Shown here: positions 18,232-28,658 of the stretch, piece after piece
Numbering within the stretch: the first letter of the stretch is position 1
Layout of the letters: every line of letters begins with the position of its first letter
NCBI GenBank assembly: GCA_040390065.1
Contig: JAZJZE010000005.1
Location: 96,001 to 160,000 of the forward strand
DNA length: 64,000 bases
DNA from: a bacterium
Lineage (GTDB): Archaea; Thermoplasmatota; E2; JACPAO01; JAHFTW01
Direction: 5' to 3'
The notes under the pieces: model-generated
Database searches by the model: none
What the model saw: the letters and a program-made list of their open reading frames with translations, nothing else
What the model was told of the DNA's origin: nothing
Made by a program: the position numbers and the translations under genes

Positions 18232-21200
18232 TTATTTCTTGCGGCGCTTGACGTAGAACGCCAGGCCGACCACGGCCGCCGTAAGGAGCACGCCGCCCGC
18301 CACCAGGCCCCAGGCGATGGCTACCGGAGCGGAGGCGGTCGTCTGGACCTCCGGGCGCGACGCTCCGTCGTCGCCGCTTGGCACCTTCACGGGGACGCCT
18401 TGCTGGAATTCGCGCACCGTGCCTGATGCATCGCTGGCCGTCAGCCGGATGGTGTACGAGCCCGACTTGGCGTAGGTATGCGTGGCGGGGCCGTCCGATG
18501 CGACGGGCGCCGACAGGTCCCCGAAGTCCCACACGAAGGTCGTCCCCGGTGCTGCGGGCGTGACCGTGACGGTTCCGTCGCCCGCCACTTGCGCGGAGAA
18601 GCCGGGACCCTCGAAGACCTGGGCCACGACCGCGACGGGGACGGAATCGACGCTGGAGGCCCGCCCGTCGGACGCCTCGACGGCGAAGACGAGGGTCTGG
18701 CCGAGTGCGCCACTTGGCACGGTGAATGTGGGCTTGGCTGTTTCCGCACTGGCCAACAGGACCGCCGGTCCGGAGGCTTGCGTCCACTTGAACGTCAGCG
18801 AGTCGCCGTCCGGATCCGTCGAGGCGAGCGCGTCCAACGTCACGAGGTCGCCCTCATGGACCATCTGGCGGGGACCGACCACGAGAGTCGGCGGGTGGTT
18901 GCCGGCCAGCACGGTCACCGCAACGGAGTCTGGCAACGATTCCTGGGTGCCGTCGCCCACGACCAGTTGGAAGACGAGGACGGCCGACTTGCCCGCGGCA
19001 AGAGTTGGAGCCTGGAACGATGCACTCGGCTTGTCGCCGTCCTGCAGTGTCACGGCCGGGCCCGCCACCTGGTGCCACGTCCACGTGGTGGGACTTCCGC
19101 CGCTTGCCGTTCCCGACAGCACGGCCTTGCCGTTCTCGCCCACCTGCTGGTCCTCGCCTGCGTTGGCGACCAGCGGCGTCGTTCCCGGCCCGGGGTCCGG
19201 CGTCACCGGGTTGTTGCCGTTCTGGTCGACGGGCACCTGCGGCATGCTCACCAGAATGGAGATCGTCTTGACCCAGTAATCGCCGTGGGGGTCGTAGCAG
19301 ATGAACGTCACGGCGAAGGTGCCCGGCGCGGCGAACGTGTGCACCGGGTTTGCGCCGATGGTGCTGTAGCCATCGCCGAAGTCCCACGTGGAGAGAAGGG
19401 TCGTGTCGGCCGGGTCTGCGTCGCTGCACGTGGAGCCGAACGACAGCTGGGAGCCGACCTCCGCCTGCAGCGAACTCGCGCTCATGGTGCCAATCGGCGG
19501 GCTGTTGGGCAGGATGACGATGGTGACGGTGGCCACGGCCTTGGCGCCGCTTGTGTCCTGTGCGTAGTACGTGAACGTCTGGGCGCCCGTGTAGGCTGGA
19601 GCGAAGATGACGTCGCCCGGTGTCACGAAGCTGCAGTTGTTGAGCACGAGGTCGAGGTACAGCGGGTCGCCGGCATTGTACGTGCCGGAGTTGTCCTTGT
19701 CGACGTAGCAGTACTTCGTTGCCACGGCGTGCGTCGCGGCGCCGAGGTCTGGGTCGCTGGAGGCCATGATGCGGCCACCGGGAAGCGGGCCGCCTGCCGA
19801 CATGCGGATGTCGTTGGACGATAGGCTGGCTGGGCCGCATGCCTGCACTTGCAAGTAGATGGGCTCGTTGGCATCCGGCGTGCCGTCGTGGTCGCTGTCG
19901 GCGTAGCATGTCGCCGTGTGGGCCGTAGGCGCAAGGGCGAACCCGGCATCCGGATCCGCCGCGGCGACCACGGTGCTTGCCGCCAACGCGCCGAAGGGCG
20001 TCAGCCGCAGGTCGCGGACGGAGACCAGGTTGTTGCTGTCCAAGTCGAGGTAGGCGGTGTCTGGCGCCGTGAACGTCGGGCCGAACCCGTCGAACGAGCC
20101 GTCCTGGTTGTAGAACTTCTCGCCGCCGATGGAACTGACACTCGTCGGCGCGAACATCTTGAGCGGCTTGTTCAGATTGGGGCTCAGGTCGTTGACGCGC
20201 GCGTCGGCGACACCGGGCGGCGGCGAATAGTGGAACGACCCGTCCGAATTGAGGTACCAAAGGTTACCCAGGGCGGGCGGCGTTGCGATCAAGGCCGCGA
20301 GCGCCTCACCATCGACCTCCACGTCGGGTGTCGCCGGATTGGGGTTGCCTTGCAGCACCGTGAACGTCTGGACCTGGCCCGGCGGGAATGCGACGGCGGG
20401 CGCCGGCGCGAACAGTTCGTGGCCTTGGTAGATGGTGTACGTGTCCGCCACCGGGCGCGGGTCGTCCGGCACGGCTGAGATCTTGATGACGAAGCACAGC
20501 GGCGCCGTCGGGGGCATCGGGTTCTGGTCGCGGCCGCCAAGCGCCGTCCCGCCGTTGTCCATGAGACGGAAGCAGACGGAATCGGAGCCGTTGGCATCGG
20601 GCTTCGTGGAATACTTCAGGGTGAGCACCTGGCTGCCGATGGCGCCACTCATCTCCAGCGCGGGCCCAAGGGTTGCCGGGCATGCCGCCGCAACCATGCC
20701 GAAGTCGTAGTTGGCCGGGCAGGGCACGACCGACGTGAAGAGGCCGGTGTTGCTCTGCGAGACGATGACTGCGCGCACGGTCTGCGACGCCAACTCGTCG
20801 GCGCCGCCGGCGGGAGAAATGCCGGTCATGAAGTTCGTGACGACCTGGTTGAAGACCGGCGGCGTCGACGGGCCGACGACGCCATTGTCTTCGTTGATGA
20901 GGTCGCCGAACGCCTTCCATCCGGAGTTGAAGATGGGTTGGTCGTTGATGGCAAGGACACGGATGCGCACGCTGGCGACATTGCTGAATTCGGAACCCGG
21001 CGGCATGGTCGGGCAGTACATCTGGTACGACAGGCTGTCGTCGCCGGCCCAGTCGGGAAGCGGCGTGTAGGCGAAGTTGCCGCCCGGCGTGTTCCATGCG
21101 AACGAGGCGGCGCCCGCGGGGCCCGAGCCCGAGATGACGCGGAACTCGAGGCCACCCGAGCAGGCCGAGGCGTCGTCGTTGGCGGCCGGCGCCGCAGCAT

Positions 21201-23124
21201 CTTGCGCGACGAGGGGCCCGCCGTCTTCGTCGACCGAGTAGGAGTCCGAGTGGGCGGTGAAGCCCGCGACGCCCGAGATCAAGTTGAGGTTCACCTTGGA
21301 GACGACGCTGGCCGGCTGGTAGTCGGTGCCGTCGTACATGCAGAAGCGGAACGAGTCCGCACCGACGAACGGGTCTGCCTGGTAGTTGAACGAGCCGTTG
21401 GGGTGGATGCCGGGCTTCGTGATGGCATCGACGTCGACGAACGTGACGGTGCCGTGCTGGGGCAGCCACGTGGCGTCGTAGCCGGGGCAGGCCAGCATCG
21501 CCGCCGTGAGCGTCGGCACGGGCGCCCCGTCCGCCATGGCCGCAGTGCAGCTCGGCGTGCCGGAGGGCGGTGCCGTCGAGCAGCCCCACGTGTTGCGTTG
21601 CGGCGGTGCTTCGGGGTCGGTTGGCGCGTTGAGCGCCGCCGCCGGGAACTCGACGTCGACGCCTTGCGACGGTGTCACGTAGCGCGAATCCCCGGACAAG
21701 ACGGTGTAGCTGTGGTCGTAGCCGGTGGGCGCGTCGTTGATGGGGCGCGTGGGGTTCATGGTCACCGTGGCAGGGCCGGCGGTGCCGCCGTCGCTGGCGT
21801 GCTTGACCTTGAACTGGTAGGAATCGACGGGAGAGGTGTTGAAATTCAGGAACGGCGTGTACTGGAAGCCGGCGGGAAGCACAGCGTACGTGCCGGAGCT
21901 GCAGGCGGGAAGGCCTGCCGTAAGAGTGCCGCGCGTGGGCGACGTCTGGATGCAGTACGAGGACGGGGCCGCATCCCCGTAGTCGGGGTCGTTGCCGTAC
22001 CAGTCGGGGCGCGTGGCGCTGCAGTCGTACGCCACGGGCGCCGGGGTCGCCGGGGCGCAATCCTCGTTGATGGGCACCGAACCCGAGAAGGCGAGGACGC
22101 TGTGGTTGGGGTAGTAGCGCACCGCGCGGTCGACGAGGTTGCCGGACGGCGCCGCGCAGGCACCGGCGACGGTGGGCGAACAATAGTTGAGGCCGACGGT
22201 GCCGGCGCTGTTCTCGATGCCGAGGCTGTACGCTTGGCCGTTCGTGTCGACGGACTTGTAGATGACGTCGACGGTGCTGCGCTCGAGCCAGATCTTGAAC
22301 TCGAACGTCGCGTAGTGGTTCGGGTTCGGCGAGGCCAGGCAGCCGGCGTCGTTGCTGTTGACGAGGACGCGGTCGAATTCGATGACTGCGTAGCGGTTGG
22401 GGCTCGAGCCGAACAGGTTGGACACCCAGACGTGCTGCGCGTCGGTGGTCGGGCCGGCCGGGTAGTCCCAGCACAGGCCCGTCGTGATGGTGGCAGGCGT
22501 GATGACCTTGAGGTTGGTCCAGAAACCCGCGACGATCTCTTCGGGGTGAGCCGTGGCCGACGAGCTGCAGCCCGACGCCGACGTCCCCGTCGGCATCTGC
22601 ACCGGATTGCGCGTCGCCGTGCCGCAGTACGCGCCGTACGGGTTGAAGTCGATGAAGCCGTTCTCGTTGACGTACCAGTTCTGCGGATACCAGCCGCTGC
22701 CGTAGAAATTGAAGGAGTACGAGCAGCAACTGATCAGGCAGCCCCCGCTGGAGGCCTGCCCCGTGCTGTCACCTGTGGCCGGAATCTTGCAGCCGGCGCC
22801 GGCGATCTCATCCCAACCCACGGGGCAGCCGCGGGCAGGTGACGTCGGAGCTCCCGGCACGGGTAGGCCAGGGCCGATGATGCTCGGCGCCTTGCATCCC
22901 GGCGCCGTCGAGTCGACCCACCGGTAGCGCTGGGCGGAGGGCGTCGGCGTGCCGGCGGCGTTGACCTCGCACGACGGCGGGCTTCCCGATTGCGTACACA
23001 CGGCCGTCGGAGGCAAGGCCTGCGCGGACGGCGCGAAAACCAAGGCAGCAGGAATCGACAAAGCGAGGGTCAGTAGGACGAGTAGGATACGACGGGCCAG
23101 CACTGGGCCACCACCGCCCATCAA
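18232..23124 (-). CDS. Surface array protein 4: Cys-rich nidogen-like head, cadherin/Big_9 repeats, Ca-loop (DxDxDG-like) repeats, PKD cassette, TM anchor
   Basis: Signal RRILLVLLTLALSIPAALVFAPSAQA; SFNFYG...VNENGFI; YLDLDSNNLVSVRDLRLT; WDFGDG; TM followed by KRRKK. Confidence 0.85.
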   Translation of the reverse strand: MMGGGGPVLARRILLVLLTLALSIPAALVFAPSAQALPPTAVCTQSGSPPSCEVNAAGTPTPSAQRYRWVDSTAPGCKAPSIIGPGLPVPGAPTSPARGCPVGWDEIAGAGCKIPATGDSTGQASSGGCLISCCSYSFNFYGSGWYPQNWYVNENGFIDFNPYGAYCGTATRNPVQMPTGTSASGCSSSATAHPEEIVAGFWTNLKVITPATITTGLCWDYPAGPTTDAQHVWVSNLFGSSPNRYAVIEFDRVLVNSNDAGCLASPNPNHYATFEFKIWLERSTVDVIYKSVDTNGQAYSLGIENSAGTVGLNYCSPTVAGACAAPSGNLVDRAVRYYPNHSVLAFSGSVPINEDCAPATPAPVAYDCSATRPDWYGNDPDYGDAAPSSYCIQTSPTRGTLTAGLPACSSGTYAVLPAGFQYTPFLNFNTSPVDSYQFKVKHASDGGTAGPATVTMNPTRPINDAPTGYDHSYTVLSGDSRYVTPSQGVDVEFPAAALNAPTDPEAPPQRNTWGCSTAPPSGTPSCTAAMADGAPVPTLTAAMLACPGYDATWLPQHGTVTFVDVDAITKPGIHPNGSFNYQADPFVGADSFRFCMYDGTDYQPASVVSKVNLNLISGVAGFTAHSDSYSVDEDGGPLVAQDAAAPAANDDASACSGGLEFRVISGSGPAGAASFAWNTPGGNFAYTPLPDWAGDDSLSYQMYCPTMPPGSEFSNVASVRIRVLAINDQPIFNSGWKAFGDLINEDNGVVGPSTPPVFNQVVTNFMTGISPAGGADELASQTVRAVIVSQSNTGLFTSVVPCPANYDFGMVAAACPATLGPALEMSGAIGSQVLTLKYSTKPDANGSDSVCFRLMDNGGTALGGRDQNPMPPTAPLCFVIKISAVPDDPRPVADTYTIYQGHELFAPAPAVAFPPGQVQTFTVLQGNPNPATPDVEVDGEALAALIATPPALGNLWYLNSDGSFHYSPPPGVADARVNDLSPNLNKPLKMFAPTSVSSIGGEKFYNQDGSFDGFGPTFTAPDTAYLDLDSNNLVSVRDLRLTPFGALAASTVVAAADPDAGFALAPTAHTATCYADSDHDGTPDANEPIYLQVQACGPASLSSNDIRMSAGGPLPGGRIMASSDPDLGAATHAVATKYCYVDKDNSGTYNAGDPLYLDLVLNNCSFVTPGDVIFAPAYTGAQTFTYYAQDTSGAKAVATVTIVILPNSPPIGTMSASSLQAEVGSQLSFGSTCSDADPADTTLLSTWDFGDGYSTIGANPVHTFAAPGTFAVTFICYDPHGDYWVKTISILVSMPQVPVDQNGNNPVTPDPGPGTTPLVANAGEDQQVGENGKAVLSGTASGGSPTTWTWHQVAGPAVTLQDGDKPSASFQAPTLAAGKSAVLVFQLVVGDGTQESLPDSVAVTVLAGNHPPTLVVGPRQMVHEGDLVTLDALASTDPDGDSLTFKWTQASGPAVLLASAETAKPTFTVPSGALGQTLVFAVEASDGRASSVDSVPVAVVAQVFEGPGFSAQVAGDGTVTVTPAAPGTTFVWDFGDLSAPVASDGPATHTYAKSGSYTIRLTASDASGTVREFQQGVPVKVPSGDDGASRPEVQTTASAPVAIAWGLVAGGVLLTAAVVGLAFYVKRRKK

Positions 23125-23221
23125 GGGCGTCCCAAACTTCCCTTACAAGTAGTAAAGTTTTCCGGCCACGACACTGCGTCGTGATTCATCCGTCTCGGCA
23201 GTGGTTTTCCAGATGTGTGGG

Positions 23222-26200
23222 CTACTTGGCGCGGCGTTTGACGTAGACGCCCAGCGCCACGAGGCCCGCCGTCAGGACGGCCCCCGCCGCCACGAGCATC
23301 CAGGCCGCGGCCGCCGGCGCCTGCACCGAGGACGAGGCCTCAGGACGCGATGCGTCGTGGACCGCGGAGCCGAGCGTGACGGGCACGCCCTGCCGGAAGT
23401 CGAGCACGGCGCCGTTTGCGTCGCGGGCGGTCAGGTGGATCGTGTACGTGCCAGCCTGGGCGTACGTGTGGGTCGCCGCGCCGTCCGTCGCCACGGGCAT
23501 CGAGCCGTCGCCGAAGTCCCAGACGAAGTTCGTGCCGGGGACGATCGGCGTCACCGTGACGAGACCATCGTTGGCCACCTCGGTCGAGAAGCCGGGCCCG
23601 TCGAACACTTTGGCCACGACGACGATGGCCACGGAGTCGAGGGTGCTTGCCTTGCCGTCCGAGACTTCGACCGAGTAGACGAGGGTCTGTCCGAGCGAGC
23701 CGGCCGGCACCACGAAGGAGGCCTTGGCGGCCTTGGCGTCCGTGAGTGCGGCCGCCGGGCCGGAGGCGTGCGTCCACTGGAACGTGAGCGCATCGCCGTT
23801 CGGGTCCGTGGACGCAAGGGCATCGAGGGTCACGACGTCGCCTTCGTGGGCGTTGACGCGATGCGCCACCACGACCACAGGGGCGTCGTTGTCCGGCGTG
23901 ACCGTCACGATGACCGTGTCGGGCAGCGAATCCTGCGCGCCGTCGCCGACCACGAAGTGGAAAGCAAGGAGAGCCGGGGTCGCATCCGGAAGGTCCGGCG
24001 CGTCGAAGGATGCCGTCGCCTTGTCGGCGTCGTGCAGGGTGACCTGCGGACCGGAGACTTGCGTCCACGTCCACACCGTCGGCAAGCCGCCGCTTGCGGA
24101 GCCTGCCAGGGCGGCGTGGCCCTTCTCGACCACGGACTGGTCTTCACCCGCGTTGGCCACGAGGGCCGGTGTGCCTGTGCCCGAGTCTCCAGCGCCTTCG
24201 CCTGTTGCCGCCTGGTCCACGAGGTCGGGCGCGACGACGAGGATCTGCACGGTCTTGGACCAATAGTCGCCGTGCGGGTCATAGCAGATGTACGTGACCG
24301 AATACGTTCCCGGGGCCAGGAACATGTGCACCGGGTTTGCGCCGAGGGCAGTGTAGCCGTCGCCGAAGTCCCAGAACAGGACGAGCGTCTTGTCCGCGGG
24401 ATCAGCGTCGGTGCACGTGCCACCGAAGGCGACCTGCGAGCCGGTTTGCGACTTGGCCGAGCTTACCCACATGGTGCCCACCGGCGGGTTGTTGGGCAGG
24501 ATGTTGATGGTCACCTGACCGACGGCCGTGGCACCGCTCGTGTCGCGGGCCGTGTACTTGAACGTCTGCGGGCCACTGTAACCTGGACTGAAGATGACGT
24601 CGCCCGGTGTGACGAAGCTGCATGCGTTGAGCACGAGGTCCAGGTACACCTGGTCGCCGGCGCTGTAGCCCGTCGGAGTCACGTTGTCGGCGAAGCAGTA
24701 CTTCGTCGCGATGTCGTGCGTGGACGCCGCGACGTCTGGGTCGCCGGCTGCCACGAGGGTCGCACCGGGGACGGGCGCGCCCGAGGACATGCGGACGTCG
24801 AACGGCTGGACCGTGCCCGGACCGCAGGCGAGGACCTGCAGGTAGATGGGTTCGTTCGGCTGCGCCTGCCCGTCCTGGTTGATGTCGGCGAAGCACGTCA
24901 CGGTGTGGACCGTGTCGACCAAGGGTGCCGGGGAGTTGACGTAGTACGAGTCGCCGGTGGCCGGGACTCCCGAGGAAAAGCCGAGGGTATCGCCCGTCAC
25001 GGCGGTCGTCGTGATGGACGTAATCGTGTGCGCGCCGGTGGCGGCGCCGCTTGTAAACACGAGCGACATTCCGGTTCCCACGCCGAGTGCCGGGAAGCTC
25101 GACGGGCCGACGAGTTTGAGATTCGTCGTGCCGGCCTTCGCGGTCCCTGACGCGCGGTAGGCGTCCGTGTCGCCCGTGACGACGACGCTGGAGCCCACGT
25201 ACGGACTCTTCGGGGTCAGACGGAGGTCCTTCGCCGTGATGGTGTTCGATCCGTCGAGGTCGAGGTACACCGCTTCGCCGTTCGTCAGCGTCGTCGAGGC
25301 GTCGAGGTCGCGGAACTTCTCGGAGCCGATGAGGCTGAGCGTGGCCGGCACGAAGGGCTTGAGCTGCTTGTTCAGGTTGGGGCTCAAATCGTTGACGCGC
25401 GAGTCGGCAGCACCCGGCGGCGGCGAGTAGTGGAACGAGCCGTCGGTGTTGACGTACCAGAGCTTGCCGAGGGTCGGGTTCGTGTTCGGCAAGGCGACGA
25501 GGGCCTCGCCATCCACTTCCAAGTCCGGCGTCGTGCCGCCGGGGTTGCCCTGAAGGACGGTGTACGTGGTGGTCTGGCCGGGCGGGAACGTCGATGCCGC
25601 GACCGGCGCGAAGAGCTCGTGGCCCTGGTAGATGGTGTAGACGTCGTCGACCGGCCGCGGCACGTCGGCCACCGCCGAGATCTTGATGATGAAGCAGAGC
25701 GGCGCCGTGGGCGGCATGGGGTTCTGGTTCTTGCCGCCGAGGTTCGTGGGGCCGCTGTCCGTGACGCGGAAGCAGACGGTGTCCGAGCCATTGGCGTCGG
25801 GCTTCGTGATGTACTTCAGGGTCAGGACCTGGTTGCCGATGGGGCCCGAGATGTCGAGGGATGGGCCGAGCGTCGACGGACACGCGGCGGCTACCATGCT
25901 GAAGTCGTAGTTGCCGGGGCAGGGCACGATGGAGTTCGAGTTGAACAGGCCGGTGTTGCTCTGCGACACGATGACGGCGCGCACGGTCTGCGAGGCGAAC
26001 TCGTCGGCGCCACCGCTTGGCGAGATCTGCGTCATGAAGTTCGTGACGGTGCGCGTGTACGCCGGCGGCGTCGAGGCTCCCGTCACGCCGTTGTCCTCGT
26101 TGATGAGGTCGCCGAAGGACTTCCAGAACTGGTTGAACGTCGGCTGGTCGTTGATGGCGAGCACGCTGATGCGGATGGTCGCGACGTTGCTGTACTGCGA

Positions 26201-28291
26201 CGTCGCGCCTGGCGGGATGGTCGGGCAGTAGAGCTGGTACGAGACCATGTCGTCGCCCGACCAGTCGGGCAGGGGCGTGTAGGCGAAGTTGCTGGCCGCG
26301 GTGTTCCAGGCCCAGGAGCCGGCGCCGGACGGGCCGGTGCCCGGGACGACGCGGAACTCGAGGCCGCTTGTGCAGCCGGACGCGTCATCGTTGAAGGACG
26401 GGGCCGCGCTGTCCTGGCCGACCACGGGGCCGCCGTCCTCGCTGACCTCGTAGGTGTCGGAGTGCGCCGTGAAGCCGGAGAGGCCGGCGACGAGGTCGAT
26501 GTTGACCTTGGAGACGACGCTTGCAAGCTGGTAGTCCGTGCCGTCGAAGACGCAGTAGCGGAACGAGTCGGGCCCGACGAAGGCATTGGCCTTGTAGTTG
26601 AACGAGCCCGTCGGGTGCACGCCGGTCTTGGTCACACCGTCGTAGTCGACGAAGGTGACGGTGCCGTGCTGCGGCAGCCATGTGGAATCGTACCCGGGGC
26701 AGCTCGTCATGGCGACGGTGAACTTGGGAATGGGTGCGGCCTCCTGCATGCCACCGGTGCAGGTCGGGTAGCCGACCGTGTTGCCCCAGCAGCTGCGCAT
26801 GGGTGCGATCTCGACGTCGGTGGGCAGCGGCGCGCTTGCGACCAAGCCCTGCGACGGCGGCACGAACAGCCAGTCGTTCGAGACGCCCTGGTAGGCGTGG
26901 TCGTAGCCGGTTGGCGGGTCGTTGGTCGGGGTGATCACGATGTTGGCCGTGGCCGGTCCCGTGATGACGTTGGTCACGGTCTTGACCTTGTACTGGTAGC
27001 AGTCCGACGCCGTGGCGGCGCAGCCGGCGAGGGTGGGCGAGGGTTGGCCGTTGTAGTTCGTGTACGGCGTGTACGAGATGGGTCCGGTGCCCCAGCCCGA
27101 CGCGCACGATGGCAGGCCCGTGAGCGTGCCGCGCTGCGGCGCTGTCTGGTAGCAGTACTGCGTGCCGACGGGCGGGCCGCCGTTGTCGCCGTAGTCGGGG
27201 TCGGAGAACTTGTCGGGGGCCGCATTGTTGCAGCCGATGGGGCCGATGCAGTCCTCGGGGACCGAGACGGACATTGGGATGGCCGCGATCTGGTGGTCCG
27301 GGTAGTAGCGGACGGCGAGGTCGGCGATGTTGGGCGACGCGGAGTTGCAGGACGTCAAGGGCGAGCAATAGTTCAGGCCGATTGCGGTGCCAGCAGCGCC
27401 GAACTGGTTCTGGATGCCCATCGTGAAGGCCTGGTTGCTGTGGTCGGCGTTGAGGTAGATGACGTCGACATTTCCTGTCGTGAGCCAGACCTTGAACTCG
27501 AAGGTCGCGTAGTGGTTCGCGTTCGGCGAGGCCAGGCAGCCGCCGTCGTTCGTGTTCACGAGGACGCGGTCGTACTCGATTGTCACGTAGTTGTTGGGCG
27601 CCGTGCCGGTGACCTGCTTCACCCAGATGTGGCCGAAGTTCGTGGTCGGGCCGGGCGGGACGTCCCAGCAGGTGCCGACGGTGCTGACCCACGGCATGGC
27701 GACGTTCAGGTTGGTCCACATGGCAGCGATGAGGGAGACCGGGCGGACCGTGCCACTGGAGCTGCAGCCAGTGAACACCGAGGTCAGCTGCGGCAACTGG
27801 CCGCCGAGGCGCGTGTCCGTGCCGCAGTAGATGCCGGTCGGGTAGAAGTTCAGGTAGCCGTTGTCCTGGGGCATCCACCAGGCGGAGTAGGACCCGCCGT
27901 ACCACGTGAACGACGGCCACTGGTTGAAGCTGCAATCGTAGTAGAGGAAGTACTGGTCGGGGCTGCCGCTTGGCGACAGGCAGGAGGCGTTTGCGATCTC
28001 GTCCCAGCCCATGGGACAGCCCTTGGCCGGTTCCGCTGGCGAGCCGGGTGCGGGAATCCCCGAGCCGACGACGCTCGGTGCCAGGCATCCGGCCGCGTTC
28101 GAGTCGACGAAGCGGTAGCGATACGCCGACACTGCGGGGGCGCCCGAGTTGTAGACCTCCGACCCGGTGGACGCGGGCGGCAAGGCCGTGGAGGTGGGGA
28201 CCACCAGCGCCAAGACGGTCAACGCGGCCAAGGCGGCCGAGGCAAAGAGCAACATTCGTGGAACTGACACACGCGACCGCCGCCCGCTCAA
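23222..28291 (-). CDS. Surface array protein 5: close paralogue of protein 4 with an extra inserted domain
   Basis: Colinear with 18232-23124 over its whole length, e.g. NHYATFEFK, WLPQHGTVTFVD, QNPMPPTAPLCF, DLSPNLNK; TM followed by KRRAK. Confidence 0.85.
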   Translation of the reverse strand: MSGRRSRVSVPRMLLFASAALAALTVLALVVPTSTALPPASTGSEVYNSGAPAVSAYRYRFVDSNAAGCLAPSVVGSGIPAPGSPAEPAKGCPMGWDEIANASCLSPSGSPDQYFLYYDCSFNQWPSFTWYGGSYSAWWMPQDNGYLNFYPTGIYCGTDTRLGGQLPQLTSVFTGCSSSGTVRPVSLIAAMWTNLNVAMPWVSTVGTCWDVPPGPTTNFGHIWVKQVTGTAPNNYVTIEYDRVLVNTNDGGCLASPNANHYATFEFKVWLTTGNVDVIYLNADHSNQAFTMGIQNQFGAAGTAIGLNYCSPLTSCNSASPNIADLAVRYYPDHQIAAIPMSVSVPEDCIGPIGCNNAAPDKFSDPDYGDNGGPPVGTQYCYQTAPQRGTLTGLPSCASGWGTGPISYTPYTNYNGQPSPTLAGCAATASDCYQYKVKTVTNVITGPATANIVITPTNDPPTGYDHAYQGVSNDWLFVPPSQGLVASAPLPTDVEIAPMRSCWGNTVGYPTCTGGMQEAAPIPKFTVAMTSCPGYDSTWLPQHGTVTFVDYDGVTKTGVHPTGSFNYKANAFVGPDSFRYCVFDGTDYQLASVVSKVNIDLVAGLSGFTAHSDTYEVSEDGGPVVGQDSAAPSFNDDASGCTSGLEFRVVPGTGPSGAGSWAWNTAASNFAYTPLPDWSGDDMVSYQLYCPTIPPGATSQYSNVATIRISVLAINDQPTFNQFWKSFGDLINEDNGVTGASTPPAYTRTVTNFMTQISPSGGADEFASQTVRAVIVSQSNTGLFNSNSIVPCPGNYDFSMVAAACPSTLGPSLDISGPIGNQVLTLKYITKPDANGSDTVCFRVTDSGPTNLGGKNQNPMPPTAPLCFIIKISAVADVPRPVDDVYTIYQGHELFAPVAASTFPPGQTTTYTVLQGNPGGTTPDLEVDGEALVALPNTNPTLGKLWYVNTDGSFHYSPPPGAADSRVNDLSPNLNKQLKPFVPATLSLIGSEKFRDLDASTTLTNGEAVYLDLDGSNTITAKDLRLTPKSPYVGSSVVVTGDTDAYRASGTAKAGTTNLKLVGPSSFPALGVGTGMSLVFTSGAATGAHTITSITTTAVTGDTLGFSSGVPATGDSYYVNSPAPLVDTVHTVTCFADINQDGQAQPNEPIYLQVLACGPGTVQPFDVRMSSGAPVPGATLVAAGDPDVAASTHDIATKYCFADNVTPTGYSAGDQVYLDLVLNACSFVTPGDVIFSPGYSGPQTFKYTARDTSGATAVGQVTINILPNNPPVGTMWVSSAKSQTGSQVAFGGTCTDADPADKTLVLFWDFGDGYTALGANPVHMFLAPGTYSVTYICYDPHGDYWSKTVQILVVAPDLVDQAATGEGAGDSGTGTPALVANAGEDQSVVEKGHAALAGSASGGLPTVWTWTQVSGPQVTLHDADKATASFDAPDLPDATPALLAFHFVVGDGAQDSLPDTVIVTVTPDNDAPVVVVAHRVNAHEGDVVTLDALASTDPNGDALTFQWTHASGPAAALTDAKAAKASFVVPAGSLGQTLVYSVEVSDGKASTLDSVAIVVVAKVFDGPGFSTEVANDGLVTVTPIVPGTNFVWDFGDGSMPVATDGAATHTYAQAGTYTIHLTARDANGAVLDFRQGVPVTLGSAVHDASRPEASSSVQAPAAAAWMLVAAGAVLTAGLVALGVYVKRRAK

Positions 28292-28658
28292 GGGCGTACC
28301 CGACTTATGTAGAGACTAGTAAAGCCTTGCTCCGGCTTTCGGGCGCAAAGGGCGGCGGTTCTGCGACAATCGCAGCGCGGGCGAGCCCTTGAGGCTGTTT
28401 CATGACTTGCAGGAAGCCTGCGCGGGCCGGTTTGCAAGGAGTCCAAGGAAGTCGGGTCGACTGTGTGGCAGCGCCACGCCGAGGCCTGAGTGACGATGGA
28501 ATCCGCCGCAAAGCGGCGCGCCCTTGCGGGTCGTTTTCCGGCCACACACTCCAGGCGACGGCGGCCTTGGCGGGCTGCCGGCCCGCCGGCGGCCGCCCTC
28601 GCCCGGATTGCGAAGCCCGGAAAGCGACGCAGGCACCCTGGCAGTCGTGAAACGACCT

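Noticed and set aside
28292-28658. 367-bp intergenic gap with short ORFs
   Set aside because: No convincing CDS, RNA fold or repeat recognised; treated as terminator and promoter space.
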